Of a stretch of DNA of 64,000 bases, positions 1 through 8,425 are shown in pieces; within the stretch, counting starts at the first letter, position 1, and each line of letters opens with the position of its first letter. Where the stretch lies: assembly GCA_035342095.1 (NCBI GenBank), contig DAOQWL010000007.1, forward strand, positions 25,015-89,014, in the 5' to 3' direction. The position numbers and the translations under genes are program-made. The stretch is from Sedimentisphaerales bacterium. GTDB lineage: Bacteria; Planctomycetota; Phycisphaerae; Sedimentisphaerales; Anaerobacaceae. Below the pieces are notes generated by a model, which saw only the letters and a program-made list of their open reading frames with translations, had not been told where the DNA came from and did no database searches.

Positions 1-2760
1 GGCGAGGCCGTGCCCAGTCTCTACGACGCCTACCTGCGGATCAAGGCGGCCAACGCGTCCCAGCAGCAAGACCCGTTCCTCTCCCACACTCTGGCGACGG
101 TCTTCAAAGACACCGCGGAAACCGGCGCGGTCCTCGACTTCCTGGGAACCGCGTTGACCTCCGGGATACTCCACACGAAGCCCGAGGCGCTCCTGGACTA
201 CGCGGAGGCTCTCCTGCGAGTGGGTTCCTCCGACGCGGCGTTGAACGCGACGGAATCGTTCGACGAACGATTCGGTGCGAACGACCGCAGCCGTGTACTG
301 CGCACTCAGGCATTGCTTGCGAAGGGCCGGATCGAGGAGGCTCAGGAGACCATCGCGCGTCTGAGGCCGGACGACCCGAAGGCCATCGCTCTGAATCTGG
401 ACCTGGCCAGGGCACACACCACCCGCCGGGCCGGCGATCGCGACTTGACGACGGAAGAGCTGCGCAACCAGTACCGCAGCCAGGCGGATTTTGTGCAACG
501 ACTGTTGCAGGCCGACCCGAACGCGGTGGAGGACGCGGACTTCGTGAAGCTCTGCCAATCGCTCATCGAGCATGGCGAGTCCAGCACAGCCAAGGCGCTG
601 GTCGAGTCGGCATTGAAACAATCTCCGGACAACCTGGGGGCGCTCTTCTACAAGGCATTGCTGTCCGAGGCGGACCCGGCCCGCTGTGCCGAGCCCAGAC
701 GAAGCGAGATTCGCGAGCAGGCGATACGCCGCATCGCCGATCCCATTCGTCGATCTCTGGAGCTGGGCCTGTTCTACAAGCAGACTCAACAGGCGGATCG
801 CGCAGCGGCCGAATGGCGAAGCGTGCTGGACGCCACAGCGGTGCAAGGGTGTCAGGACATGCCGTCGTATCTGACGACCCGGAGTGCCAGTCCGAGATCC
901 ATGGCCGCCGGACATCTGTTCGATCTCGCCCGCGATCAGGAGAACTGGAGGCTCGCGGCGGAGGTCGTCGAGCTGGCCAAACGCGAGAACCTGGACGATT
1001 GCCGCGGCTACCTGTTCTCGGCCCGGCTGGCCTTCGCTCGTCGCCAGTACGCGGCGGCGCTGACCTCGCTCGACGAGTGCCTCAAACGCAGGCCGATCTT
1101 CTCCCACGGGTACATGCTCCGCAGCAGGGTGAGGGCGTCGCTCGGCCGGGAACAGGAGTCCATCGACGACATCCGCGAAGCGTCGCGTCTGAATCCCGCC
1201 GATCCGGTGATTGCCGCAGCGAAGGCCAGCGTCCTGCACGCCCGCAATGTCAGGCTGGGCGACCGTGTCTCTTCCGAGCAACAGTTCGAAACCCGACAGG
1301 CGATGGAGCGAGCCATCCAGCTCAATCCGCGCGACGCGGGCCTGCTTTCCGCCTATGTCGATTTCCTGGGCGACAACGACCCGGTCAAGGCGATGGCGCT
1401 TCGCCAGACGATTCAAATCGCTTCGCCGACCCTGCACAACGCGGTGATGCTCGCCAAGCTGGCGACGGAGGCGGCCCGCAAGGAGACCGACCAGTCCAAG
1501 AGAAAGGCGTTCCTCACGGTCGCGGAGACCGCCTTCGAGCAGGCCAGGCAGATGGACCCGAACGATCTGTTCATGCTCGACGCCTACGCGACGTACCTCC
1601 GCGCCCAGGGCCAGAACGACCGGGCCAGACAACTGCTGGCGGAATCGAACGACAGCCGGCTCCTGTGGCGGCACTACCTGCAGGTTCGGGATTTCGACCA
1701 GGCCCGTCGGCTCCTCCTGGATGGGTACGCCCGCCAGGACAGGAGAATCGACGCCCTCAAGGGGCTGGTCCTCGTCGCGGAAGAGACCGCGGACCAGCAG
1801 GGGGTGAAGAAGTACTGCGAGGAACTGCTGGCGCTCGAGGACAGTGCGATCAACCGTCTGGCCGCAGCGAGGGCACACCTGAACGTCGGGCTCGTCGGCG
1901 AGGCCGAGCGGCAATTGCAGGATCTCCAGGCCAAGTACCCGAGCGAGTCCCGCGTGTCGCTGCTGGAGGCCCACCTGGCCAAGCGCTGCGGACAACTCCC
2001 GCGGGCAATGGACCTGGTCAATCGGTGCCTGGAGAACGATTCGCGGGATGCCGCCGCCTGGCAGCTTCGCGGCGAGATCTCCCTGCTGATGGGGGACCGG
2101 GAACAGGCGATTCTCGACTTCCGCAAGAGTCTCGCAATTCGAGACGACCCGGTCACGATGATTGCGCTGGCCAGGGCCCAGGGGAGATATGACGAAGCTG
2201 TCGATTATATCGACCAGCGCATTCGCCTGGCCGGCGCGGACACCGATGCGGGCATCGAGCACGCGTTCCGCAAGGCGGACTTGCTGACCACGGCCTACGA
2301 GGCAACTTCCGATAAAGCGTATCTCGCAAAGGCCATCGCGGCCTACGAAAGTCTGCGGGCGATAATGCCGAATAACAGCAGTGTTTTGAACAACCTGGCC
2401 TACATGCTGGCGCAGGACGACCGCCGGCTCGCGGAGGCATTGGAGTACGCCAAGACGGCGGTCCGGCAGACTCCCGACGTGGCCGGCTACCTGGACACGT
2501 ATGGGTACGTCCTGCACAAGAACGGGCGGAACACCGAGGCTGCCGAGGTGCTGGCCGCCGCGATTCGACGGTACGAGGCCGAAGGGAAGACGTCGGCCGA
2601 AGTCTACGAGCACCTGGGCATGGTGAACGAGGCGCTGGGACAGCAGGAAGAGGCCCGGGCCGCCTATCGTCGAGCGCTGGAGATCGGCGGCCAGGCGGCG
2701 CCCGATGCGATGAAGCAACGGATCGACGCGGCCGTGCGACGGCTGGCGAAACAAGGGTGA
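1..2760 (+). CDS. TPR-repeat protein (5' end probably outside the window)
   Basis: 916-aa ORF with helical, Ala/Leu-rich TPR-like repeats throughout. The frame is open back to nt 1. Its stop lies 6 nt before the next gene start. Confidence 0.7.
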   Translation, partial: GEAVPSLYDAYLRIKAANASQQQDPFLSHTLATVFKDTAETGAVLDFLGTALTSGILHTKPEALLDYAEALLRVGSSDAALNATESFDERFGANDRSRVLRTQALLAKGRIEEAQETIARLRPDDPKAIALNLDLARAHTTRRAGDRDLTTEELRNQYRSQADFVQRLLQADPNAVEDADFVKLCQSLIEHGESSTAKALVESALKQSPDNLGALFYKALLSEADPARCAEPRRSEIREQAIRRIADPIRRSLELGLFYKQTQQADRAAAEWRSVLDATAVQGCQDMPSYLTTRSASPRSMAAGHLFDLARDQENWRLAAEVVELAKRENLDDCRGYLFSARLAFARRQYAAALTSLDECLKRRPIFSHGYMLRSRVRASLGREQESIDDIREASRLNPADPVIAAAKASVLHARNVRLGDRVSSEQQFETRQAMERAIQLNPRDAGLLSAYVDFLGDNDPVKAMALRQTIQIASPTLHNAVMLAKLATEAARKETDQSKRKAFLTVAETAFEQARQMDPNDLFMLDAYATYLRAQGQNDRARQLLAESNDSRLLWRHYLQVRDFDQARRLLLDGYARQDRRIDALKGLVLVAEETADQQGVKKYCEELLALEDSAINRLAAARAHLNVGLVGEAERQLQDLQAKYPSESRVSLLEAHLAKRCGQLPRAMDLVNRCLENDSRDAAAWQLRGEISLLMGDREQAILDFRKSLAIRDDPVTMIALARAQGRYDEAVDYIDQRIRLAGADTDAGIEHAFRKADLLTTAYEATSDKAYLAKAIAAYESLRAIMPNNSSVLNNLAYMLAQDDRRLAEALEYAKTAVRQTPDVAGYLDTYGYVLHKNGRNTEAAEVLAAAIRRYEAEGKTSAEVYEHLGMVNEALGQQEEARAAYRRALEIGGQAAPDAMKQRIDAAVRRLAKQG

Positions 2761-2766
2761 TGCGAT

Positions 2767-4998
2767 ATGACCAAGAGAAATCCGACGCTCGGGGGCACGA
2801 TGCAAAGGCCGTCCGCTGGCAGGGGCGCCGCGGATGCCGCGTTGACGCCGAAGGAGGTCCTGGGGATGCTCCGCCGGCACCTCTGGCTGATCTTCTTCAC
2901 CACGATCCTCGGCGCCGGCCTCGGCGGCGGCGGCTGGTATCTCGCCTGTCGATTCCGCCCGCTCTACCAGGCCCAGACCCTCATCAAGGTCCTGCCTCCC
3001 GTCGAGACCGATCCCATGGAGATCGTGGCCTCCCAGGTGCAGCAGGACATCCAGTATGGGCACCGTGTCTCGCTTGCCAACCTGATGAAGAGCCAGAACA
3101 GCCTGCAACGACTCCTGCGAAACGACCAGGTCCGCGCGACGAGTTGGTACCGCCAGACCGCGAAGGGCCGCGGCGGCGCCCTGGCCGCGTTGCAGTACCT
3201 GGAGAAGAACCTCCGCGCCTATCCTCATCGCGAGGCCGAGCACATCATCGTCTCGATGACCTGCGGCCATCCGTCGGAGGCGGCCCTGATCGTCAACAAC
3301 ATGGCCAAACTGTTCATCACGGACCACGGCGACACGGAGAGACAGGATGTCACGGACAAGCTGGTCGAATTGACCGCCCGCCAGAGCGCAGTCGAGAAGG
3401 ACATCCTCACCAGCGAGCAGGCGTTGCAGGAGGTGCGGGAGAGGACCGGGATCACCGATCTGGAAGTCCCCGCGACAGGACGCTACTTCCAGAACACGAT
3501 CACCATCCGTCTGAACGACCTGGAGCTGCAGAAGAACGAGCTCGATCTGGCGGTCGGGCAGATCAAGACGGACATCGAAAACCTCAGTCGCCTGGCGCAG
3601 GGACCGATCACCGAACAGGTCGCGCACCTGATCGAGCGGGACCCGGTCATGATCGCGCTGGCCCAGCAGATCGCGCTGCTGGAGGCCCAGTTGTCCGGGC
3701 GGCTCTCCAAATTCGGCGAGAATCATCGCAGCGTCCGCCAGGCGCAGGAGCAAATCCAGGAGCTCCAGGCCAAGAGGGACCTGCGTAAGACCGAGATCGC
3801 GGAACAGACCCGTCGAGCCAACCTCCAGAACGCCCAGGATAACCTCCGCGTGCTCGATGCGCGCCTGGTGGAGCTGGATCGCATGCGCGAGGCCGCCCAG
3901 GGGCAGCAGAAGGCCCTGGACGACGCCCGTGCCGAGTACGGGCGACAGATGAAGATCCGCGACGAACGGACCGAGACCCTCAACCAGATCAAGACGCAGA
4001 TCGAGAAGCTGCGGATCATGGTCAAGGCCCCGGACACGCCCAAGATGCAGCTCCTGGGCGAGGCCCCGGCGCCGCTGGAGATGGTGGTCTCGCGCAGCAT
4101 GATCCTGTGGATTCCCGGCGGGACCCTGCTGGGACTGATCTTCGGGCTGTCGATGGCGTTCCTCGTCGAGATGCTGAACGACCTCGTCCGGACCCCCAGT
4201 GACATCCGTCGGTTCCTCCACATCCCGCTGCTGGGGATCATCCCCGACGCCGCGGAGGATCGCGCCGTAGACGACGTCGATCTGTGCCACGTGGTGGACG
4301 AGGCGCCGTATTCGCTGACCGGGGAGTGCTACCGCCGGTGTCGGACCCATCTGGAGCTGTCGTTCGAGGGGACGTTCAAGACGCTGCTCGTCGCAGGCGG
4401 CCAGCCGGGCGACGGCCGGACCTCGGTCGCGTGCAATCTGGCCGAGGCGTTCGCCGCCAAGTACGAGAGAGTGCTCCTGATCGACGGCAACCTGCGCCAG
4501 CCGGGCTTGCACCTGGTCTTCCCGCGCGACGCGGCACCGAGCGAGGCCATGCGTCCCGGCGTAACGGATGTCCTGACCGGCGAGTGCGACTGGGCCGATG
4601 TGATCTCGCCGAGCGGCCTGCTGGGCCTGGACGTCGTCTACGCGGGTCCGCCCACGCCAAATCCCGCGGAACTGCTGGCCAGCCCTCGGATGAAGGACCT
4701 GATCGAGAACGCGGCCAAGGAATACGACCGAGTCATCGTCGACACGCCGCCCGTGCTGCTGGTCAGCGACGTCAAGATGCTGGCGAGACTCGCAGACGCG
4801 ACGATCCTCGTCTTCAACGCCGCGACTACCAAGCGAGGGGCCGCCGAGCGGACGATCTTCGAGCTTCAGGACGTGGGCGCCCATGTCGTCGGTTGTGTCT
4901 TGTTCGGCGTCGAGGCCATGAAGGGCGGCTACTTCCGCCAGCAGTTCAAGGCGTATCGCCGGTATCTCAAGGGACAAATGGCCGCGGGCTCCGCATGA
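2767..4998 (+). CDS. Polysaccharide co-polymerase / bacterial tyrosine autokinase (Wzc/GumC/EpsB-like)
   Basis: N-terminal TM segment, long coiled-coil Wzz-like region and second TM segment. C-terminal P-loop domain (LLVAGGQPGDGRTSVACNLA, VIVDTPPVL) is typical of BY-kinases. Confidence 0.85.
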   Translation: MTKRNPTLGGTMQRPSAGRGAADAALTPKEVLGMLRRHLWLIFFTTILGAGLGGGGWYLACRFRPLYQAQTLIKVLPPVETDPMEIVASQVQQDIQYGHRVSLANLMKSQNSLQRLLRNDQVRATSWYRQTAKGRGGALAALQYLEKNLRAYPHREAEHIIVSMTCGHPSEAALIVNNMAKLFITDHGDTERQDVTDKLVELTARQSAVEKDILTSEQALQEVRERTGITDLEVPATGRYFQNTITIRLNDLELQKNELDLAVGQIKTDIENLSRLAQGPITEQVAHLIERDPVMIALAQQIALLEAQLSGRLSKFGENHRSVRQAQEQIQELQAKRDLRKTEIAEQTRRANLQNAQDNLRVLDARLVELDRMREAAQGQQKALDDARAEYGRQMKIRDERTETLNQIKTQIEKLRIMVKAPDTPKMQLLGEAPAPLEMVVSRSMILWIPGGTLLGLIFGLSMAFLVEMLNDLVRTPSDIRRFLHIPLLGIIPDAAEDRAVDDVDLCHVVDEAPYSLTGECYRRCRTHLELSFEGTFKTLLVAGGQPGDGRTSVACNLAEAFAAKYERVLLIDGNLRQPGLHLVFPRDAAPSEAMRPGVTDVLTGECDWADVISPSGLLGLDVVYAGPPTPNPAELLASPRMKDLIENAAKEYDRVIVDTPPVLLVSDVKMLARLADATILVFNAATTKRGAAERTIFELQDVGAHVVGCVLFGVEAMKGGYFRQQFKAYRRYLKGQMAAGSA

Positions 4999-5124
4999 GA
5001 TTTACGATTTACTATTTACGATTTGTGGTTTAGTATCGTCGCCATGTCGGTCTGTGCGCCGCGGGAGTGGATACGCAGCGGCGGGAGACCGAATCGAAAA
5101 TAGTAATTCGTAAATCGCAAATTC
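4999..5124. repeat. Inverted pair of A+T-rich heptad arrays flanking a GC-rich core
   Basis: 4999-5031 GATTTACGATTTACTATTTACGATTTGTGG is roughly the reverse complement of 5091-5124 GAATCGAAAATAGTAATTCGTAAATCGCAAATTC. About 23 of 26 positions pair by hand alignment. Confidence 0.6.
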
Positions 5125-5135
5125 CGAGGGTTCGG

Positions 5136-6071
5136 ATGGACAAGTTCTTGGTGACGGGCGGAGCCGGATTCATCGGCTCGAATCTCTGCAAGCGTCTGGT
5201 GACGGAAGGATGTTTCGTCCGCGTCGTGGACAATCTCCTGACCGGCAAGCGAAGCAACCTGGCCGCGATCATGGACAAGATCGAGTTCGTCGAGGCGGAC
5301 ATGGGCGACCCCGACGTGGCCCGCTCAGTCATGCAGGGCATCGACGTGGTCCTGCACGAGGGGGCGCTGCCCTCGGTCCCGCGGAGCGTGGACGATCCCG
5401 CCAGCAGCCACCGGCACTGCGTGGACGCGACGTTCACACTGCTGCTGGCCGCGCGTGACGCCCGCGTGAAGCGGTTCGTCTACGCCGCCAGTTCCTCTGC
5501 CTACGGCGACACGCCCACCTTGCCCAAGGTCGAGACGATCCGCCCGGACCCGCTGAGTCCCTACGCGGTCGGCAAGCTCGTCGGCGAGCACTATTGCTCG
5601 GTGTTCGCGAAGGTCTACGGCCTGGAGACGATCGCGCTGCGATACTTCAACGTGTTCGGGCCGCAGCAGGACCCCGCCAGCCAGTACGCCGCGGCCATTC
5701 CCGCCTTCGTTACCGCCATCCTGCGGGACCAGCCCCCGACCATCTACGGCGACGGCGAACAGAGCCGCGATTTCACGTATATCGACAACGTCGTACATGC
5801 CAACTTGCTGGCCGCCCGCGCGAAGAAGACCGCCGGCCAGGTCGTCAACGTCGCCTGCGGCGAGGCCGTCACGGTCAACGCGATCATCGCCATGATCAAC
5901 CGCCTGCTCGGCAAGAGCGTCAAGCCGAACTACGTCCCCGCCCGCGTGGGCGACGTGAAGCACTCGCTCGCGGACATCACCGCCGCGAGAGAGCTGATCG
6001 GCTTCGAGCCCGTCGTCCCGTTCCGCGAGGGCCTCGAAAAGTCCATCGATTGGTACCGCCGCAACCTCTGA
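5136..6071 (+). CDS. NAD-dependent sugar-nucleotide epimerase/dehydratase (SDR family)
   Basis: Rossmann motif VTGGAGFIGSN at the N-terminus and catalytic SPYAVGK (YxxxK). ATG at 5136 was chosen over the ORF-track start at 5067. Confidence 0.85.
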   Translation: MDKFLVTGGAGFIGSNLCKRLVTEGCFVRVVDNLLTGKRSNLAAIMDKIEFVEADMGDPDVARSVMQGIDVVLHEGALPSVPRSVDDPASSHRHCVDATFTLLLAARDARVKRFVYAASSSAYGDTPTLPKVETIRPDPLSPYAVGKLVGEHYCSVFAKVYGLETIALRYFNVFGPQQDPASQYAAAIPAFVTAILRDQPPTIYGDGEQSRDFTYIDNVVHANLLAARAKKTAGQVVNVACGEAVTVNAIIAMINRLLGKSVKPNYVPARVGDVKHSLADITAARELIGFEPVVPFREGLEKSIDWYRRNL

Positions 6072-6137
6072 AGCTGTTCGGTGATTCTATCAATCAGGCG
6101 GGCTTGTCTGTCTCAGGTCAGCGGACGGTCTTTTCCG

Positions 6138-6166
6138 TTGACCTACTGCTCCAGAGGACATATGCT
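6138..6166 (+). promoter_or_regulatory. Putative sigma70-like promoter for the ATPase/Toprim-like pair
   Basis: TTGACC (6138-6143), 17-nt spacer, TATGCT (6161-6166), about 65 nt upstream of the ATG at 6231. Confidence 0.3.
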
Positions 6167-6230
6167 ACTCTTGGACGGTGCGCTGCTTGGCAGTTCGCCG
6201 TGGGATTCTACTGTGAGCTGGGGTCGAGCT

Positions 6231-7283
6231 ATGTTCAAACGAGTGACGGTGAGAAACTTCCGCGCCATTACCGACCTGAGCGTTGATGGCCTAAGCAGGG
6301 TGAATCTGTTTGTCGGGCACAATGCGTGTGGAAAGACGTCGCTGCTGGAAAGCATATTCTTTCTCATCGGAGCAACAAACCCAAGACTCCCTGTCAGCGT
6401 GAATACTTTCCGAGGGTTCCCCTATGTGAGTTTGGCCCTCTGGTCGACGTACTTCCACAATATGGATGTCACTGTGCCGGTCGAGATTCGCGGCAACGAG
6501 ACGGATAGTGGGGACGAACAGCGACTTGTCATACGCCCTCGCTACGAGCATCCTAGATCAGACACAGAGGTTTCGTCACCAGCGTTGTCCGGCGGGTGGG
6601 TGCGTACGGTCTCTACAGCCGTCGGGAACATAAATGGGCTCGAACTCGAGTACTCAACTTCATCTGACCTCTCGCCGGTTGTGTCGAGGGTGTTTGTGAA
6701 AGGTGGGGAGGTTATGGAAGAAGGGGCGCGGGTGCGCCTGCCCACAGGCGCATTTGTGTTGCCCATGGAAAAAGATCTCCGGGATCGATTCAGCGAGATT
6801 CAGCGGAAGAAACAGGTTGCGGACGTAATCTCACTGTTGAGGGAAATCGAACCAGCAATTGCAGATCTGAGATTGCTGGACCCTCCAGGAGTGCTGCACG
6901 GCGACGTGGGTGCTCCTGAGCTCGTGCCGGTGAACCTGATGGGCGGCGGGATGATGAAGCTACTCACCACGGGCCTTATGATGCTCACGTTGCAGGACGG
7001 ATATGTGCTCATAGATGAGATTGAGAACGGACTGGATTACTCATCTCAGCGGAAGCTGTGGGACGCGATCTTCAGTTGGTCGCAGAAGTTGAACATCCAG
7101 GTATTTGCAAGCACGCACTCTGTGGAATGCATCAGAGCTTTCAGTGATCGCGCAGAAGGCGAGTTGTTCGAAGTGGATGCCAAGCTGTTTCGCATCGAAC
7201 GCAACGAGAGCAAGTTCAGGGCCGTCGAGTATACGCGGGAGTTACTCGCCGAGTCTCTGGACAGCAATTGGGAGGTGCGATAG
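6231..7283 (+). CDS. ABC/AAA_21-type ATPase (OLD/AriA/AbiLi-like class)
   Basis: Starts MFKRVTVRNFRAI. Walker A GHNACGKTS, signature-like MGGGMMKLL, Walker B YVLIDEIENGLD and H-loop ASTHS. Sampled G+C is about 48% (6301-6360). Confidence 0.8.
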   Translation: MFKRVTVRNFRAITDLSVDGLSRVNLFVGHNACGKTSLLESIFFLIGATNPRLPVSVNTFRGFPYVSLALWSTYFHNMDVTVPVEIRGNETDSGDEQRLVIRPRYEHPRSDTEVSSPALSGGWVRTVSTAVGNINGLELEYSTSSDLSPVVSRVFVKGGEVMEEGARVRLPTGAFVLPMEKDLRDRFSEIQRKKQVADVISLLREIEPAIADLRLLDPPGVLHGDVGAPELVPVNLMGGGMMKLLTTGLMMLTLQDGYVLIDEIENGLDYSSQRKLWDAIFSWSQKLNIQVFASTHSVECIRAFSDRAEGELFEVDAKLFRIERNESKFRAVEYTRELLAESLDSNWEVR

Positions 7284-7915
7284 TGGCAGGCGAAGGACCG
7301 AGGACCATCACGAAGAGGAACGTGCTGGCTGTCGAGGGGGAGGACGACAGGAATTTCTTTGAAGCCCTGCTACGCCACATGGGCATTGTCGACGTGCAGA
7401 TCGAGCCGGTTGGCGGCAAGGATCAGTTCAAGAACAAGCTTCCCGCATTGCCGAAAACGCCCGGTTTCTTCGACGCGAATGGGGTTTCATTCGTCCGGCA
7501 TTTGGCCATTGTCCGAGACAAAGGTGATGACCACGCTTTCGAGAGCATCGCGAACATCGTGAAAGCAGCGGGTTTCACACCACCGCTTGCCAGTGGCCGG
7601 TTCTCAGATGGGGCTCCACGCGTGGGGATCTTCATCATGCCGGGCCAGGGTGTTTACGGGACGATGCTGGAGGACCTGTGCCTGGAGACGGTCAAGAACC
7701 ATCCGGCAATGGACTGTGTCGGGCCATTTGCTGAATGCATACGGGGTCTGACGCATCCGCCTCGCAGCCCATCCAAGGCGAAGTGCCAAGCCTTTCTTGC
7801 TGCCCAAGTAGAAATCGCCAATGCCGTAGGTGTGGGCGCGCTCAAGGGGTACTGGAACCTGAACTCACCGGCCTTGGATGGGTTGAAGGGATTCCTGAGC
7901 CAGATGAGATGTTGA
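7283..7915 (+). CDS. Small Toprim-like partner protein (DUF4276/DUF3226/DUF4435 class)
   Basis: GTG start overlaps the ATPase stop (ATAGTG). Motifs NVLAVEGEDDRNFFEALL, AIVRDKGDD and GIFIMPGQGVYGTMLEDLCLE resemble the acidic Toprim-type core of partners of AAA_21 ATPases. The family call is from memory of motifs. Confidence 0.55.
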   Translation: MAGEGPRTITKRNVLAVEGEDDRNFFEALLRHMGIVDVQIEPVGGKDQFKNKLPALPKTPGFFDANGVSFVRHLAIVRDKGDDHAFESIANIVKAAGFTPPLASGRFSDGAPRVGIFIMPGQGVYGTMLEDLCLETVKNHPAMDCVGPFAECIRGLTHPPRSPSKAKCQAFLAAQVEIANAVGVGALKGYWNLNSPALDGLKGFLSQMRC

Positions 7916-7966
7916 CCTGCATTGCCACACTGCACGCCCGACCCGCAGGTTCTTGACTCTGCCTTG

Positions 7967-8413
7967 TCACTGCTGAGCTGCCGGCGGCTGAAGCTGGGTG
8001 CGGAGGGACTGGCCCTCCTGGATCAGCTCGTCGCGGGTGGGATAGACCTTGGGCGCCAGGTCGAAGGTCCAATCATACGCCTTCACGATCCGACCGGGCC
8101 AGAGAACCTGGGCGAAGAAGTCGAACGGCGGGTAGTCGAGCACAGGGGCCTTGAGCCTGCGGTGCGTGTTGAGCGTCTCGTAGCCTTCCTTGCCCGCGCG
8201 GACCCAGTAGTCGCCATACCAGTTGAACGGCACCGTCACGGGCGAGACCCCGATCTCCTGGTCGTTCAGCACGACCACGGCGCCCTGCGGCTCCGTGTTG
8301 ATCGTCAGCGTCCGCTCCACACAGCCCGCCGGGAGAATGGCCGCCAGGCACAGGGCGAGACCGAACCATTTTCGACTCTTGATCTTTGATCTTCGATTTC
8401 TTGGCATTGGCAT
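7967..8413 (-). CDS. PEGA-domain lipoprotein
   Basis: Basic n-region, hydrophobic core and lipobox LPAGC. PEGA-like segment TEPQGAVVVLNDQEIGVSPVTV. Lies 12 nt downstream of the Ycf46-like gene on the same strand. Confidence 0.65.
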   Translation of the reverse strand: MPMPRNRRSKIKSRKWFGLALCLAAILPAGCVERTLTINTEPQGAVVVLNDQEIGVSPVTVPFNWYGDYWVRAGKEGYETLNTHRRLKAPVLDYPPFDFFAQVLWPGRIVKAYDWTFDLAPKVYPTRDELIQEGQSLRTQLQPPAAQQ

Positions 8414-8425
8414 CCGTTCCTGTCC

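Noticed and set aside
6116-6143. Hairpin GGTCAGCGG...CCGTTGACC after the epimerase gene, considered as an intrinsic terminator
   Set aside because: The stem is imperfect with a 10-nt loop and no downstream U-tract. It also overlaps the proposed -35 of the next promoter, so the evidence is insufficient.
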